The translations under genes were made by a program, and so were the position numbers. From Rhina ancylostomus (Eukaryota), in contig JARFYF010000012.1 in NCBI GenBank assembly GCA_030265395.1, forward strand, positions 24,410,368 through 24,474,367: DNA of 64,000 nt, in the 5' to 3' direction. Position 1 is the first letter of the stretch, and each line of letters opens with the position of its first letter. Positions 53,351-64,000 of the stretch are shown here, piece by piece. The notes below the pieces were generated by a model. That model worked only from the letters and a program-made list of their open reading frames with translations. It was not told the origin of the DNA and did not search any database.

Positions 53351-54360
53351 CATTGCAGTTGAATGGTTGTGTTGACTAGTGACTACTCCGCCTTTGAAAG
53401 GCAGCAAGTCAATCTTTGTAGTGGCTAGCTACTTTGTATCTAAAAAATTTGCGATTAAGCAACACTTCAAAATAATACTGATAGAAATGCTTTGAGTTAA
53501 GGGAGTATATTAATTTGTCTTATCTATGATTACAATAGCAATGTAATGTGTGCTTTTATGTTAGACAATAAGAAATGAAGTTCCAGATTCAGATCTGATT
53601 ATCATATCTTAATTTGCAAATCCTAAATCATAATTCATTCTCCTTCTTGCATAAACTTAAGGAGGATTGATTTTATATGTGACAGATTACTGTTAAACAG
53701 AAAAAATTTCTCATCAAATCTTTAAATCGTAAGTGATATTAAAGCAGTGGAAAGTTTAAACAGTGGGAAGTTTTCCTACAGTTCATAATTTATAACCCAA
53801 GGCCAGGTCAGTCAAGGAGCAAAGTCCAGAACTGCAAAAGGGCAAGGGGCTAGACAGATTCTAGATTCGGGATGGCACAATGGATTCTTCATCTATTCTC
53901 CAATTAGATCATGAAAGATTTGATATATAGATCTTCAGCAAAAGATCCCCTTTTGCAGAAATTGAGGGTATGACATTGCCCGCTCTCTTTTCCTAACTGT
54001 TGACATGTGATTGCACACATTAGAGTTGCTTTGGGTAATTGTAGTTCTGTTCCATTTGTGTTCGATAAGGGGAATAATACCAGGTGCCTCACACGCCAAT
54101 TGAAAGTGACTTGCCCTGATTCATGTAATGCCTGCATGCCTTCAATGGGAGGTGAGTATTGACTACAACCATGCTTGCATATCAATCTGCAGTCTGAGGA
54201 CACTGCAAATAAAGACAAAGAGGCAAACAAAGGAGCAGAAATGGAACCTCCGACAACAAGCTGGATACTCACATAGGAGCAGTGAACACCAGAAGAAAGG
54301 CCCAGAAGTGGGTGAAGCAGTGATGTGAGGTAGTGGCCAGGGAGCTTATTGCAGGAAATG

Positions 54361-54559
54361 AAAATCAAAACAAAAACCCTGCAGATGCTGGAAATCTGAC
54401 ACAAAAACAGGTCAGGCAACATCTGTGGAAAGAGAAACGGTCAAGGTTTCAGGTCTGTGATGAAGGCAAAGTGTCATGGACACAAAACATCTACCGTTTC
54501 TCCTTCCATAGATGTTCTCCAATCTGCTAAGTGTTTCCAGTATTTTCGGTTTTGGTTTT
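54361..54559. mobile_element. Foldback element of inverted Penelope-like termini
   Basis: Inverted arms 54418-54441/54493-54516 (22/24) and 54361-54371/54549-54559 (10/11), with central 'gtgatgaagg'. Confidence 0.75.
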
Positions 54560-54789
54560 AGTGTCAGCCTCTGATGCGTCTGGGAGTTTAATCAGTTCAG
54601 TCATGTGGTCAAGACTGGTAAAAGCAGTAAGAAATCCCATCTAACAACTGCACAATTATTCTCACACACTGCTCCATGTACAACCTCTCAACAATCACCA
54701 GCACTCCTGCCTCACAATCACATTTCCCAACAAATAAAATTACTATCTCTCACACAGATGGCAGACTCAGACTTTGCACATGCTACAGC

Positions 54790-55100
54790 AGGCACATCAT
54801 GCAGACATATTGGCACCCCTCATTAATATATATCCCTCTCTCCTGTGGGAGAAAGTGGGAAGGATCCTCCGCCTGCAAAGACAATCTGGAGGAACCCCAA
54901 TTCTGTCCCCAGGTTTTTGACCCTTATGTAAAAGCCAGCTGTCTTCTTGGTATTAATTACCAGGCCAGCCTTGCTACAAAATGTTTGCAGATTTGAGGAA
55001 AGAATGTGGACAGAAATGGTGAAATGATACAATCCGAAGCCAAGCACTCAAAGCATACAGCTATCCACGGGCATCATTCCTAGCTATCTGCAAACTTTGC
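54790..55100 (-). mobile_element. Highly degraded LINE RT fragment (RTE-like)
   Basis: Minus LYA... followed by HILSSNLQTFCSKAGLVINTKKT (post-YADD GL.IN..KT motif). Confidence 0.55.
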
Positions 55101-56064
55101 CATATCAATAAGCAACCATCTAACAGGCTGGCTGCGGTTACCAAGGGAGCATCCAGCAGACGTAGTGCAACAGGCAAAGGAATGCAGAGGGCAAGTACTA
55201 AGAGGATGCACAAAGATGAATTGTCATGAAATGTACAGATTTTGTTCCGGTACTGAGTAGCTGTATAAAATTATTTGGCATGTTTGCTTGTTTAATTTGT
55301 ACTCATCAGGCACTGAAATAATCAGCAGATGGATGTTAACAAGGAAATTGATTTACAGTGACAATCTTTATTTCTTTTAATCCATTTCACTCTGGGAAGT
55401 GGTATCATTGAGAAGTCACCAGATATTGGTCACTCCTATTCGCCACACTGGTAGTAATGGAGCCACCATCCCATCTGCTGGACTGGTGAAGGAACTCCTA
55501 CAGTACTGCTATTGGGCTTGTATCAATTTGAATGAGAGAACACATAACAATGGGGATAGACATTTCCAAATAACATTTGGAACATGCAATCCACCTGGCA
55601 AGCGCTAAAGTCATCATCAGCTGCCCCTGAATTCAAGGATGATAGCCGTTGGGGTGGTGGGAATAAGAGGACAGTTGAGGTGAAAGGTCATGTGTAAACC
55701 TTAGGAGAGGCCTGCATGTGAAATTCTTTAATGTGGGTGGAGGAGAATCCCAGGAACTTGGCAGGAAGAAACCTTCTGCCCTCTACCAAGGAGCTCTAAG
55801 ACAATCAGAGTTCCCCTGACTTCTACTGCCCTCATTTGTCTTCAGAGATGCAGGGAGCTCTCTGCACCAGTTCTGGTGGAAGCAGTGTTCAGACCATAGT
55901 TCATCCAGAATCATACCTTGCACCTTTCTGCAAGAGTGGTTCTGGGCAGCAAAACAAGACTCCAGATGATGACAATTCTGAGAGCAAGATGATAGTGTAT
56001 CCAGATGTCAGCTGCTTTGTCCCAGGTGATAGTGTGAGGTGGTGAGGAAGCCTTGATGAGTTAA

Positions 56065-56200
56065 AAATATAAGAACAGAAACAAAAAGGGACAGGAGGAG
56101 ACCTCAAAGTCTGTTCTGATCATTCATCAAGATCATGGCTGATCATCTACCTCAGAACCATTTTCCTATATTATCCCCATATCCCTTGATTCCCTACATA
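56065..56200 (-). mobile_element. CR1 3' tail
   Basis: 'ataagaacagaa...aagatcatggctgatc...tccccatatcccttgattcc'. Confidence 0.85.
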
Positions 56201-56209
56201 TTCTTGCCA

Positions 56210-56900
56210 TTCAGTAGTTACATAATGCACCCATGAGGCATTGCATCAATGGTGGACTGCAATGAATTCTCAGGATAGTTGATAGTTTAGCAATGCCCTG
56301 GGTTGTTTGGTGGTGAATGAGTTAAGGCTTCTTCACTGTCTTTAGAGCTGCTGTAATAGAGGCACAGGGAGAATGCTCTTCAACAGCCCTGACTCCTGTC
56401 TTATGAATGACTGAAGGTCTTTGCCAATTAATTTGTTGAGTCCCTCGCTACAGATTCCACAGCCTCTGAGGTGCTCTTCAAGCCATAGTATTTGAGCTCT
56501 TGGCCCAGGTCAGTTTCTGGACAATAGTGATCCCTAGGATGTTGTTGGTGGGGAAACAGACAACATCAAGGGGAAATGTTTAAATTCCTCTTACTGGAGA
56601 TGTTCACTGGCCGCTGTGTCTGTGTGGTACAGAAATTTGCCACTAATCATTGCAACATTGATTGTTGGCCAAGATCTGCTGCATGTGGGCACAGACTACC
56701 TGCTGCCTTCAACTGAATGAGGCAGAATGAATTCCCCTCTCCTTGAGTGGAGACCCTCCATAAGTTCACAAGAGCAGCAGAGAGATGTGGTGTAAATCAG
56801 TCCCCACTGTCTAGAATCATCCAGGGATAAGTAGTTCCAGGCCAGAGAGACCTCTTGCTTCACAGGCAGGGTGAAATGGGCAACTGTTTTGAAAATTATA
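56210..56900 (-). mobile_element. Degraded CR1/L2-group LINE (post-RT region)
   Basis: Minus strand gives NILGITIVQKLTWA ('cccaggtcagtttctggacaatagtgatccctaggatgttg'), preceded by WQ...H.C-like codons. Confidence 0.7.
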
Positions 56901-57109
56901 TCCTCCAAGTACAATGTTGTGCGGACACGTAGAGATAGTAGATTGTTGCAGAATATTGTTAGAGGAATAGGACCCTCCTTCTCTTTCTCCTTTGACCTCC
57001 TCTGTACAGGCATGTTTGCCTTCCTTTTGTCCTGCCCAGTGAGACTAATACTAAAGGACCCTTATTTAATAAAGTAAAAGTAACTTACACCTCACCCAAG
57101 TGGGAAAAG

Positions 57110-57290
57110 GCAAGGGACTAAGTTGTGACCCCTATAGAATCCCAGTGGGTGCAGTCACAAATACACCTGTCAACCATTACTCTTCACTTCCTGCCTCTTC
57201 CCTATGGAGCTCATCTGCTTTTACTTTGCTGGCCAGTGTGCCATGTGGGACCTTGTCAAAAGCCTTGTTAAAATCAAAGTGACCGTCAAT
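57110..57290 (-). mobile_element. CR1 RT fragment
   Basis: Minus DFNKAFDKVPHGTL, then RVMVD...GSQLSP. Confidence 0.8.
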
Positions 57291-60200
57291 GCTAAGAAAT
57301 TCAATTACATAATGCTATTTGCTTTTCCAGCATCATGCAAATGATATTTGTTTTTGATTCAGTGGCGAATTGCATTGATAACCACTTCCGGGGTCATTCA
57401 TACCACTTTGGAAACTCATATGGATACTTTAAACTTGTGGCCCATGCTGAGTCACTAAGCTAATCAAAATCGTGTTTTGCAATGGCTGGATGCTGTGGTC
57501 ATTATACTAAGCATTTAGCATGAACTTGGCGTGCTGCCTGTGTCAAGTCAAACGGGTGAGGGCTCATGTACTTCGCTGTCCCAGTGCGTATTTCCAGGGG
57601 AGGCACCCAATATGTTCATCTTCAGTTGCATCCACAAAATAGGCTGTTTAGTTGTGTTCATGTGCTGAACACTGCTGTGCAAGGAACTGTATTACAGGGG
57701 TGGACACCAACATACATAAGATGTGAAATCATGCATTTGGTTTATATGTCTGAGGAAGGATTTCTACTCCCCTCATTTCCTATTTTCTATACAAAAAAGG
57801 GTATGTTAAGACAGTGAAGTTCCAATCCTGTGTGGAATTTGAGACAGATAACAGTAAATTAAAGGGTTTAGTGCAGAAATTAGATACATGACAATTATAG
57901 GATCAGATTAAATGCACTCATTACTAAAAATCATCAAAACAGGGCCAAACACTGCAGAAAGTGCAACTTATCATGATGGCTGTGAATTATTTTCTGTTCA
58001 AAAATGAATTTGCTTATGAAATGTATCAATTATTTTTAAGGTTAATGAGGGGGACCTTATGGTTGCAAAAGTCCTGAAGTGGAAAAACAAAAACAATGCA
58101 ACTTGCTGGCCCAAGCATCCAGTTACTCCCCACAGACAGAACAAAAGCTTCATTTGCCAAAACAAACACCACCTCACGGAATCCTGGGAACTGGCAAGAA
58201 CTTCAACTTTTCCTAATGACATCCACAGCTGGACCATTGAGATAATGGAGTCATTAAATGCTCAGCATTGCCAATAAAGCACTTCTGAATGACTCATTCC
58301 AGCAAAGGAAAAGGCTAGCTGCCAGGGAAGTAAGAGAGGATGGCCTAATCTCGAACAATAGGATAAAAGATTAATGAGAGGACAAGTGAAGTTATTTACC
58401 CACCATGAAGGTATACAAACGGAAATTAAAATTGTGAAATCCTAAACCCTCTTAATGTAATATCTCTTCAGCTATTCCATTCCCACAGCAACATGTACTG
58501 CTTGCACATCTATATTACAAACCTGGACAGAAAGCTTTATCAAGATTTTCCAATACAAATTTAAATTGAAGATTAAATTGATGCTTTTGTTTCCATTAAG
58601 AGTTGACCATCTCCCTCAGTTCTCTTCCTCCTCATTCCCTCAGCAGCCTGCTCAGAGGGCAAGGTTTTCTACAGAACCCATCCCTGGCTCAACAGAAGCA
58701 AGGAAAGATTTGTGGATCTTCTTAAGATTATCTTTTTAAACTCCACCAAATAATTGAAGGAAGATAGTTGAGGGAAGGGAAAGGGGAAGAGAAGAGGAGG
58801 GGAATGATTTTCATTTCAAGCAAAGGGAGTACGCCAATTCTTTGATCTGTGGCCCATGGACGTATTGATGTCTTGCACTCTATTTTATTCTATTTGGGTT
58901 TCCACAGTGAATGCATCCCATTTATTGATCCCATTCATCAGTTACTTTAAGTGATTATTAACAGCCTTTAGTCACCAGCTGAAGATGGTATACATTCAAT
59001 ACTCCTGATTAAAATATCAGCTAAAGCTACATATGTCAAAAGCCCCTCATGTTAAAACAAAGATTTCTTGCAAGAAAGTTTTTGGGTAATTATAAAGAAA
59101 TTCTAGACATTAATGGCAATTGTGAACTTTGCCAGCAGTAAATGAAATCAAAATACACAGAACTACTGGATTTCAATGTATGTTGGCCAGTAGCACTTCA
59201 AAGTGCTAGTAGTTTTTACATCAACCTGGTTCCAGATGGAAAGTAGCGCTTTTGGTGTTAATGCTTCTTTTGATGGTTTTAATGCTATGCCATATTTTTT
59301 GACTTGGGTTTACGACACGAGCAGTAAATGCCTACTGTTATTGCACTAAAAAAACAACTGAGCTAATTATGGGGAGAGGCCCATCAACTAAGGAAAGTAT
59401 GCTGTGTTCTGACATTTCAAAGACCTTGTAACACCAGCATAATAAGTTGCATTTACTTTCTTTATTTTTGCTTGCACTGAAATCTGGCCAATATATTTTG
59501 ATGGATTAAAAAGCAATGCTAATGATTTTTATGAACAACCCTGGCTTGTGAATCCTTTGCGATAGACCCATTTTCTTTGCTAGCTCATTTGAAAGGAATA
59601 TTGGGTCTATGGTTTTGCTGGTGCAACAATATTGTACAAATAAATTCAGTCTTTCAGGTGGCAAATATTTCCACATGGATATTTCCGCACAAATATATCA
59701 ATGACAGCAGGGAGCAACAACATATGTTGGAGAATATCCTTTAAACTGATTGCAGTTCAGCAGGCACAGATGTACAATATTTTATATTCCAATCTGCATG
59801 TGACATCAACAGCAGTGGAGGGGAAAGCTGGAATAAAGTAGAAAAGAAGTCATCCAGTATTGGAGGCAAAAAATATAATTCACCTTTTCCAAAATGTATA
59901 TATTATACTTTGCAATGTAGCTGCCATCACAGCTTTTGAATTTAAAAATGCTCAGAATATAAGATACATTTGAACACAGGAAATGACTGTCAATCTCATC
60001 CAAACAATTTTTTTAGATCACTGATTAATCATACGGATGTAGCTTTGCAGTACATCCCTCAAACTATTGGGTTTCTAGAAATGAATCCATTCCTTCTCCT
60101 TATGCTATCTGTTTTAACCCTATTACCTAGCAACTAATTCCACAATTAAGTTGCAATTTGGATGAAAAAAAGAGATTCTCCAGATGTTGCTTCCTATCGT

Positions 60201-60767
60201 CAAATTGTTCACTTTAAACATCTGTTTGCTGGAACTTAAATTCCCCCACCACAGTGAAAATTTGCATGCAGCGTAGTGTTGCTCAGTTCTGTATCCTTCT
60301 GAAAGTATATGTGTTTGATAATTAGGCAACTTAAAACTTTGTCCAGGACTCCATAATGAGCCTCACTAATGTCGTACACAAATCAGTATTGCCTCTTAGA
60401 ACCGGACTTATCTGTGACTAATATAACAAAGTAACCTATTAGTAACTCTTGGTCACCTGGTAGGAAACCAAAGTATCTTTTCTGCTGGGATTAGTGGTTA
60501 GATCATATTCAAAGTAGAACCACTACCAGTGAAAAGAAAATTCCAGCTCTCAAATCTCAGGCTCCCTGTCCAGCTGCTGCCCTACAGAGACGCTGATCAT
60601 GTTCTCTGCAGCCAACACTATGTAAGCACCAAGGAACAACTAGATACCATCAATATCCTGCAGACTGGAAAACCCAGGCAATATAAATTGATAACTATAG
60701 AACAAAAGTAGAACATTTGCGATTCTGAGTGCTGGGTAGACAAGTGTTAATATTGTCATGTTAGATG

Positions 60768-60928
60768 AAAAGCAAAAGATTGTAGATGATGGAAATCTAA
60801 AGTAAAAACTGTAAATTCTTGAAAACCTCTGCAGGTCAAACACAATCTGTGGAGAGAAAAACAGTTCTGAAACATTAACTCTATTTTTCTTTCTCCACAG
60901 ATGCTACCTGACCTGTTGAGTACTTCTT
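60768..60928. mobile_element. Foldback element of inverted Penelope-like termini
   Basis: ATCTGTGGAGA (60845-60855)/TCTCCACAGAT (60892-60902) and CAGGTCA/TGACCTG arms; begins 'aaagcaaaa' like the 2724 copy. Confidence 0.72.
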
Positions 60929-62224
60929 TCACTAAAGTCCTCGGTAATTTTACATACCTCTAAGCAGTTGGTTACAACATGGACTTTGAAACTTATTTTA
61001 AATGCATTTTTAAACTTGCCCTTAATGAAGATGAGGAAGCCAGAAATGAAGCTTATGACCTTTTGTCTTCTTGTCTTTGCAGCAGCTGGTACAAGGATCA
61101 GAATGCCAAGATGTTTCTATCAGCTGAAAAAAACTTAGCTTTGGCATTCTGAGGACCAGATGAAAATTGGTTTAATTAATGCCAGCACTTGGCAGACTAG
61201 AAATACCTGACACAGAGCTATTGAGAGCAACATGATCTTTACTATTATCAGTAATAGNNNNNNNNNNNNNNNNNNNNNNNNNNNNNNNNNNNNNNNNNNN
61301 NNNNNNNNNNNNNNNNNNNNNNNNNNNNNNNNNNNNNNNNNNNNNNNNNNNNNNNNNAATAGTAGATGGTATATATATGGCTGGCATAAGTTATTTAAGA
61401 ACAAATCTCATGGAGTAGAATGAAGGCATTGAAGGCATGCAGCCAAACTGGAACAGAATGACGGTTAATATTTGCATTAGAACCTACAATATTTGGACAA
61501 ATTGAAAATCTAATTTTCAGTTCATCTGCCTTACATATAATTAGTCATACTATATGTCTTAAGTTTATTAGGAGAAAGAGTGAGACGAATTTTGACAAAA
61601 GAATCAATGTGACCATTTTGTCTCATCCACAGATCCATCTTTCAGCAAGAAGCACCTTTGTTTAGTGCTGACTAGATCAAAATGACTAAATGTAAATCGT
61701 CTCAGTTCCTGGGCCTGAATTGCTTCATTCCTAATTTCTCTACAAAACATACAGAAAACAACTTTTGATCTAATTAATTTCTTAGATCTATCATTACTGA
61801 GCCATTATTGACTGCATGAAAGTATATTTATCTTTCATTCATTGACCATTGCATGAATGATAAATTTAATTCTTTTACAAACCCTATAAATAACTACAAT
61901 CAGACATATGGGTTTGCCAAAAAAATCTGGAAAAAATGGTAAATCTGGTCATGTGGAAAATCAACATCTTATTTCAGCCAATCACCCTAAGTCTATATTT
62001 GAACTTGGATATGCAGATGTAGAATACAAATCCCTAAGATTCACAAATACACTGACAGGATCAACAACCTCACAGACAGCCAAGTTACTCTGAAAGCCAC
62101 AGAATTCATCAAACATGAATTAAAACATCCTTCTTAGCCTACGGGAGAAAAAAAAATAAGCTGTTCCTAGTCTTTATATATTAGTAGAACAGGTGGCAGT
62201 GCAAATTCCATGTCTATTCATTCT

Positions 62225-62530
62225 TAAGTACTGAGAGGCCATTTCCTCTGACTGGGGATTTAGAACCAGGGGACATGGCCTCAAGATTAGTGGTTGGTCA
62301 TCTGGGACAGAGATGAGGAAAAATTTCGTTTTTCAAAGGCTGTAAGTCTTTAGAATTTTCTCCCGCATTGGGATGTGGTTCCTCAGTTTCTCAGTACAAT
62401 CAAAACTGAGGTCAATAGATTTGTGGACTCCAAGAGAATCAAGAGGTTTAGGGCTGGACAGAAAGTAGATTTGATTGTAAGAAAGTTGAAGCTATCGTGA
62501 ACTAGTATGTAACTAACTCCTGCTTTCATT
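62225..62530 (+). mobile_element. CR1 3' fragment
   Basis: RTRGHGLKI...TEMRKNF..., 'aattttctccc', KTEVNRFVDSKRIK. Confidence 0.85.
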
Positions 62531-62659
62531 TTTTTTAATGTGTTTCTTCCTGTAATTAAATAAGTAATTAAACAACTGCAGAACAAATTACTGTCATTAA
62601 CTGTATTTAAACCTGTAATTCAAACCATCATCACTTATTCAAATAACACCCTTCTAATC

Positions 62660-63010
62660 TTTTATTGGTAAGCTCAACACTTAATTCCCATCCTTAATTG
62701 TTGTTAATAAAAATTGTAGATAAGCCATTCTGTTAAGCTACTGTAGTCCTCACAGAAGGGTTCTTCCACTACACTGTAAGGGCTGGAATTCCAGGAATTT
62801 GACATAGCAGCCATGAAGGAATGGCAATATACTTCCAAGACCACGTGGCATATAGTTTGGTGAATAATTATTAGGTGATAATGGTGGTTAATATTGTGGC
62901 TTTTGGAGTTGTTGTCAAAGAAGTAGCTGTGAGTTGCAGCAGTGCATCTTGTAGCTAGAAACCATTGCTGCCTTGGTGGAAGCTAAGGTTCGGGATAGTC
63001 AATGCTGACA
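62660..63010 (-). mobile_element. 3' end of a CR1/L2-group LINE (same type as 56.2-56.9 kb)
   Basis: 'ggaattccaggaatttgac...gaaggaatggcaatatacttccaag...gcagtgcatcttgtag' is minus-strand SWNS with upstream motifs. Confidence 0.65.
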
Positions 63011-63769
63011 ATCAAGCAAGCACCTATGACAAATAGATATTCATTGAAAAACATTCTTTATGGGTTGCAGTGTTTCTTCTAACCATTGAAAGGTATCGTA
63101 CAAAAATAGGCCATTTGGTCTATCGCCATGCTGACAAACAAAAATTATTCAGTATAACCTCATTTTCTGACCTGTGGTCCATAACCTTGAAGATTACGGC
63201 ACTACATGCTTATCCAAATTCTTGCTAAGTAGATTCCCCCAGCCCCCACCACCACTATCTGGTTGAAAAAGAAATGCCTTAATTACAGTTAAATCTAACC
63301 TCCCTGGTCTTATTTGCTATGCTTCAGCGAACAAAGAAAATTAACCTGTACGTCTTATTTACCACCTCTCCTGCTATCTTCATTGATCTAAAGCATACAC
63401 TCAAAAATCCCTGCACGCTTCTATATTTCTCCTTTATTATATATTTCTTTGTCTTGTTTTCTTTCCACACATATATTACCCTGCTCACTGCACTGCATTT
63501 TTCTGCCCACTGGCATGGTCCATTGATGTTCTGTCATAATATCCAGCATTCTTCTTGCTATCAACCACACAAATATTGTATCTTTTCCAAACCTGTAATG
63601 AAGTCTCCATATAAATATAAATTATTAATATCTACCATAAAAACTCATAAAAAATAAAGAAACTTGTACAGAAACCCTTGGAACACCACTGCAAACATCA
63701 TTCCAGTCACAAAAGTCTGCATCAACTATTATTTACTTATTACTACACAGAACCTCATTTAGCTATTGG

Positions 63770-63950
63770 GTTTATGCTAGTCCCCAGCAGATCAACCAAT
63801 CAGCCCCACTCCCCTGTTTTTATGTCACTTAACTCTACAACTTATTTTCCCTCACATGCTCATCAACCTTTCTTTGATTCTTTTGTAACTTACTTACATT
63901 ACAGATAACATACACAAACCAATTAACCTACCCTTGTGTCTATGGGATCC
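63770..63950 (-). mobile_element. Degraded SINE 3' portion
   Basis: 'ccaattaacctaccc...gtctatgggat' resembles the reverse complement of a V-SINE body. Confidence 0.45.
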
Positions 63951-64000
63951 CTTCCATCCTGCCACTAAATTCATTTTGAATTTAACACCACTCACCATGG

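Noticed and set aside
53904-54422. 172-aa ORF
   Set aside because: It begins inside a foldback repeat, has no recognisable domain and has non-coding-like composition.
54790-55230. Apparent twin-priming inversion in an RTE fragment
   Set aside because: The minus-strand reading continues coherently through the supposed junction (LYA...LQTFCSKAGLVINTKKT), so no inversion is needed.
59189-59210. TAGCACTT/AAGTGCTA mini-hairpin containing a miR-17-type seed (AAAGTGC)
   Set aside because: The rest of the mature miRNA does not match and there is no ~60-nt precursor stem.
1-64000. CRISPR array, operon, phage or defence system
   Set aside because: No regularly spaced repeats or gene-dense coding; the sequence is clearly vertebrate non-coding DNA.

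Overview
AT-rich, CpG-poor vertebrate non-coding DNA from a gapped draft assembly (about 20 N-runs). No intact protein-coding gene, RNA gene, CpG island or prokaryotic system is visible. The listed ORFs are chance ORFs, N-spanning artefacts or broken LINE ORF2 pieces. The repeats (CR1 LINEs with (CTCTATGA)n tails, L2, RTE, V-SINE-type tRNA SINE, Penelope-like termini) are typical of cartilaginous fishes, most likely a ray/guitarfish/sawfish; this is inferred from remembered repeat consensus sequences, not from a search. Main structures: (i) a near full-ORF2 old CR1 (36.5-40.9 kb) split by a younger antisense CR1; (ii) a ~120-bp inverted repeat pair bracketing 2.17 kb (15736-17908) with AG...CT ends and a possible 5-bp TTGAT duplication; (iii) at least six foldback elements built from Penelope-like termini with decayed hammerhead-ribozyme cores; (iv) a twin-hairpin repeat family; (v) LF-SINE-like relics; (vi) long TE-poor, homeobox-motif-rich blocks resembling conserved enhancers, one holding a candidate 101-nt exon. 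I found no well-supported novel biological system; the findings are leads.
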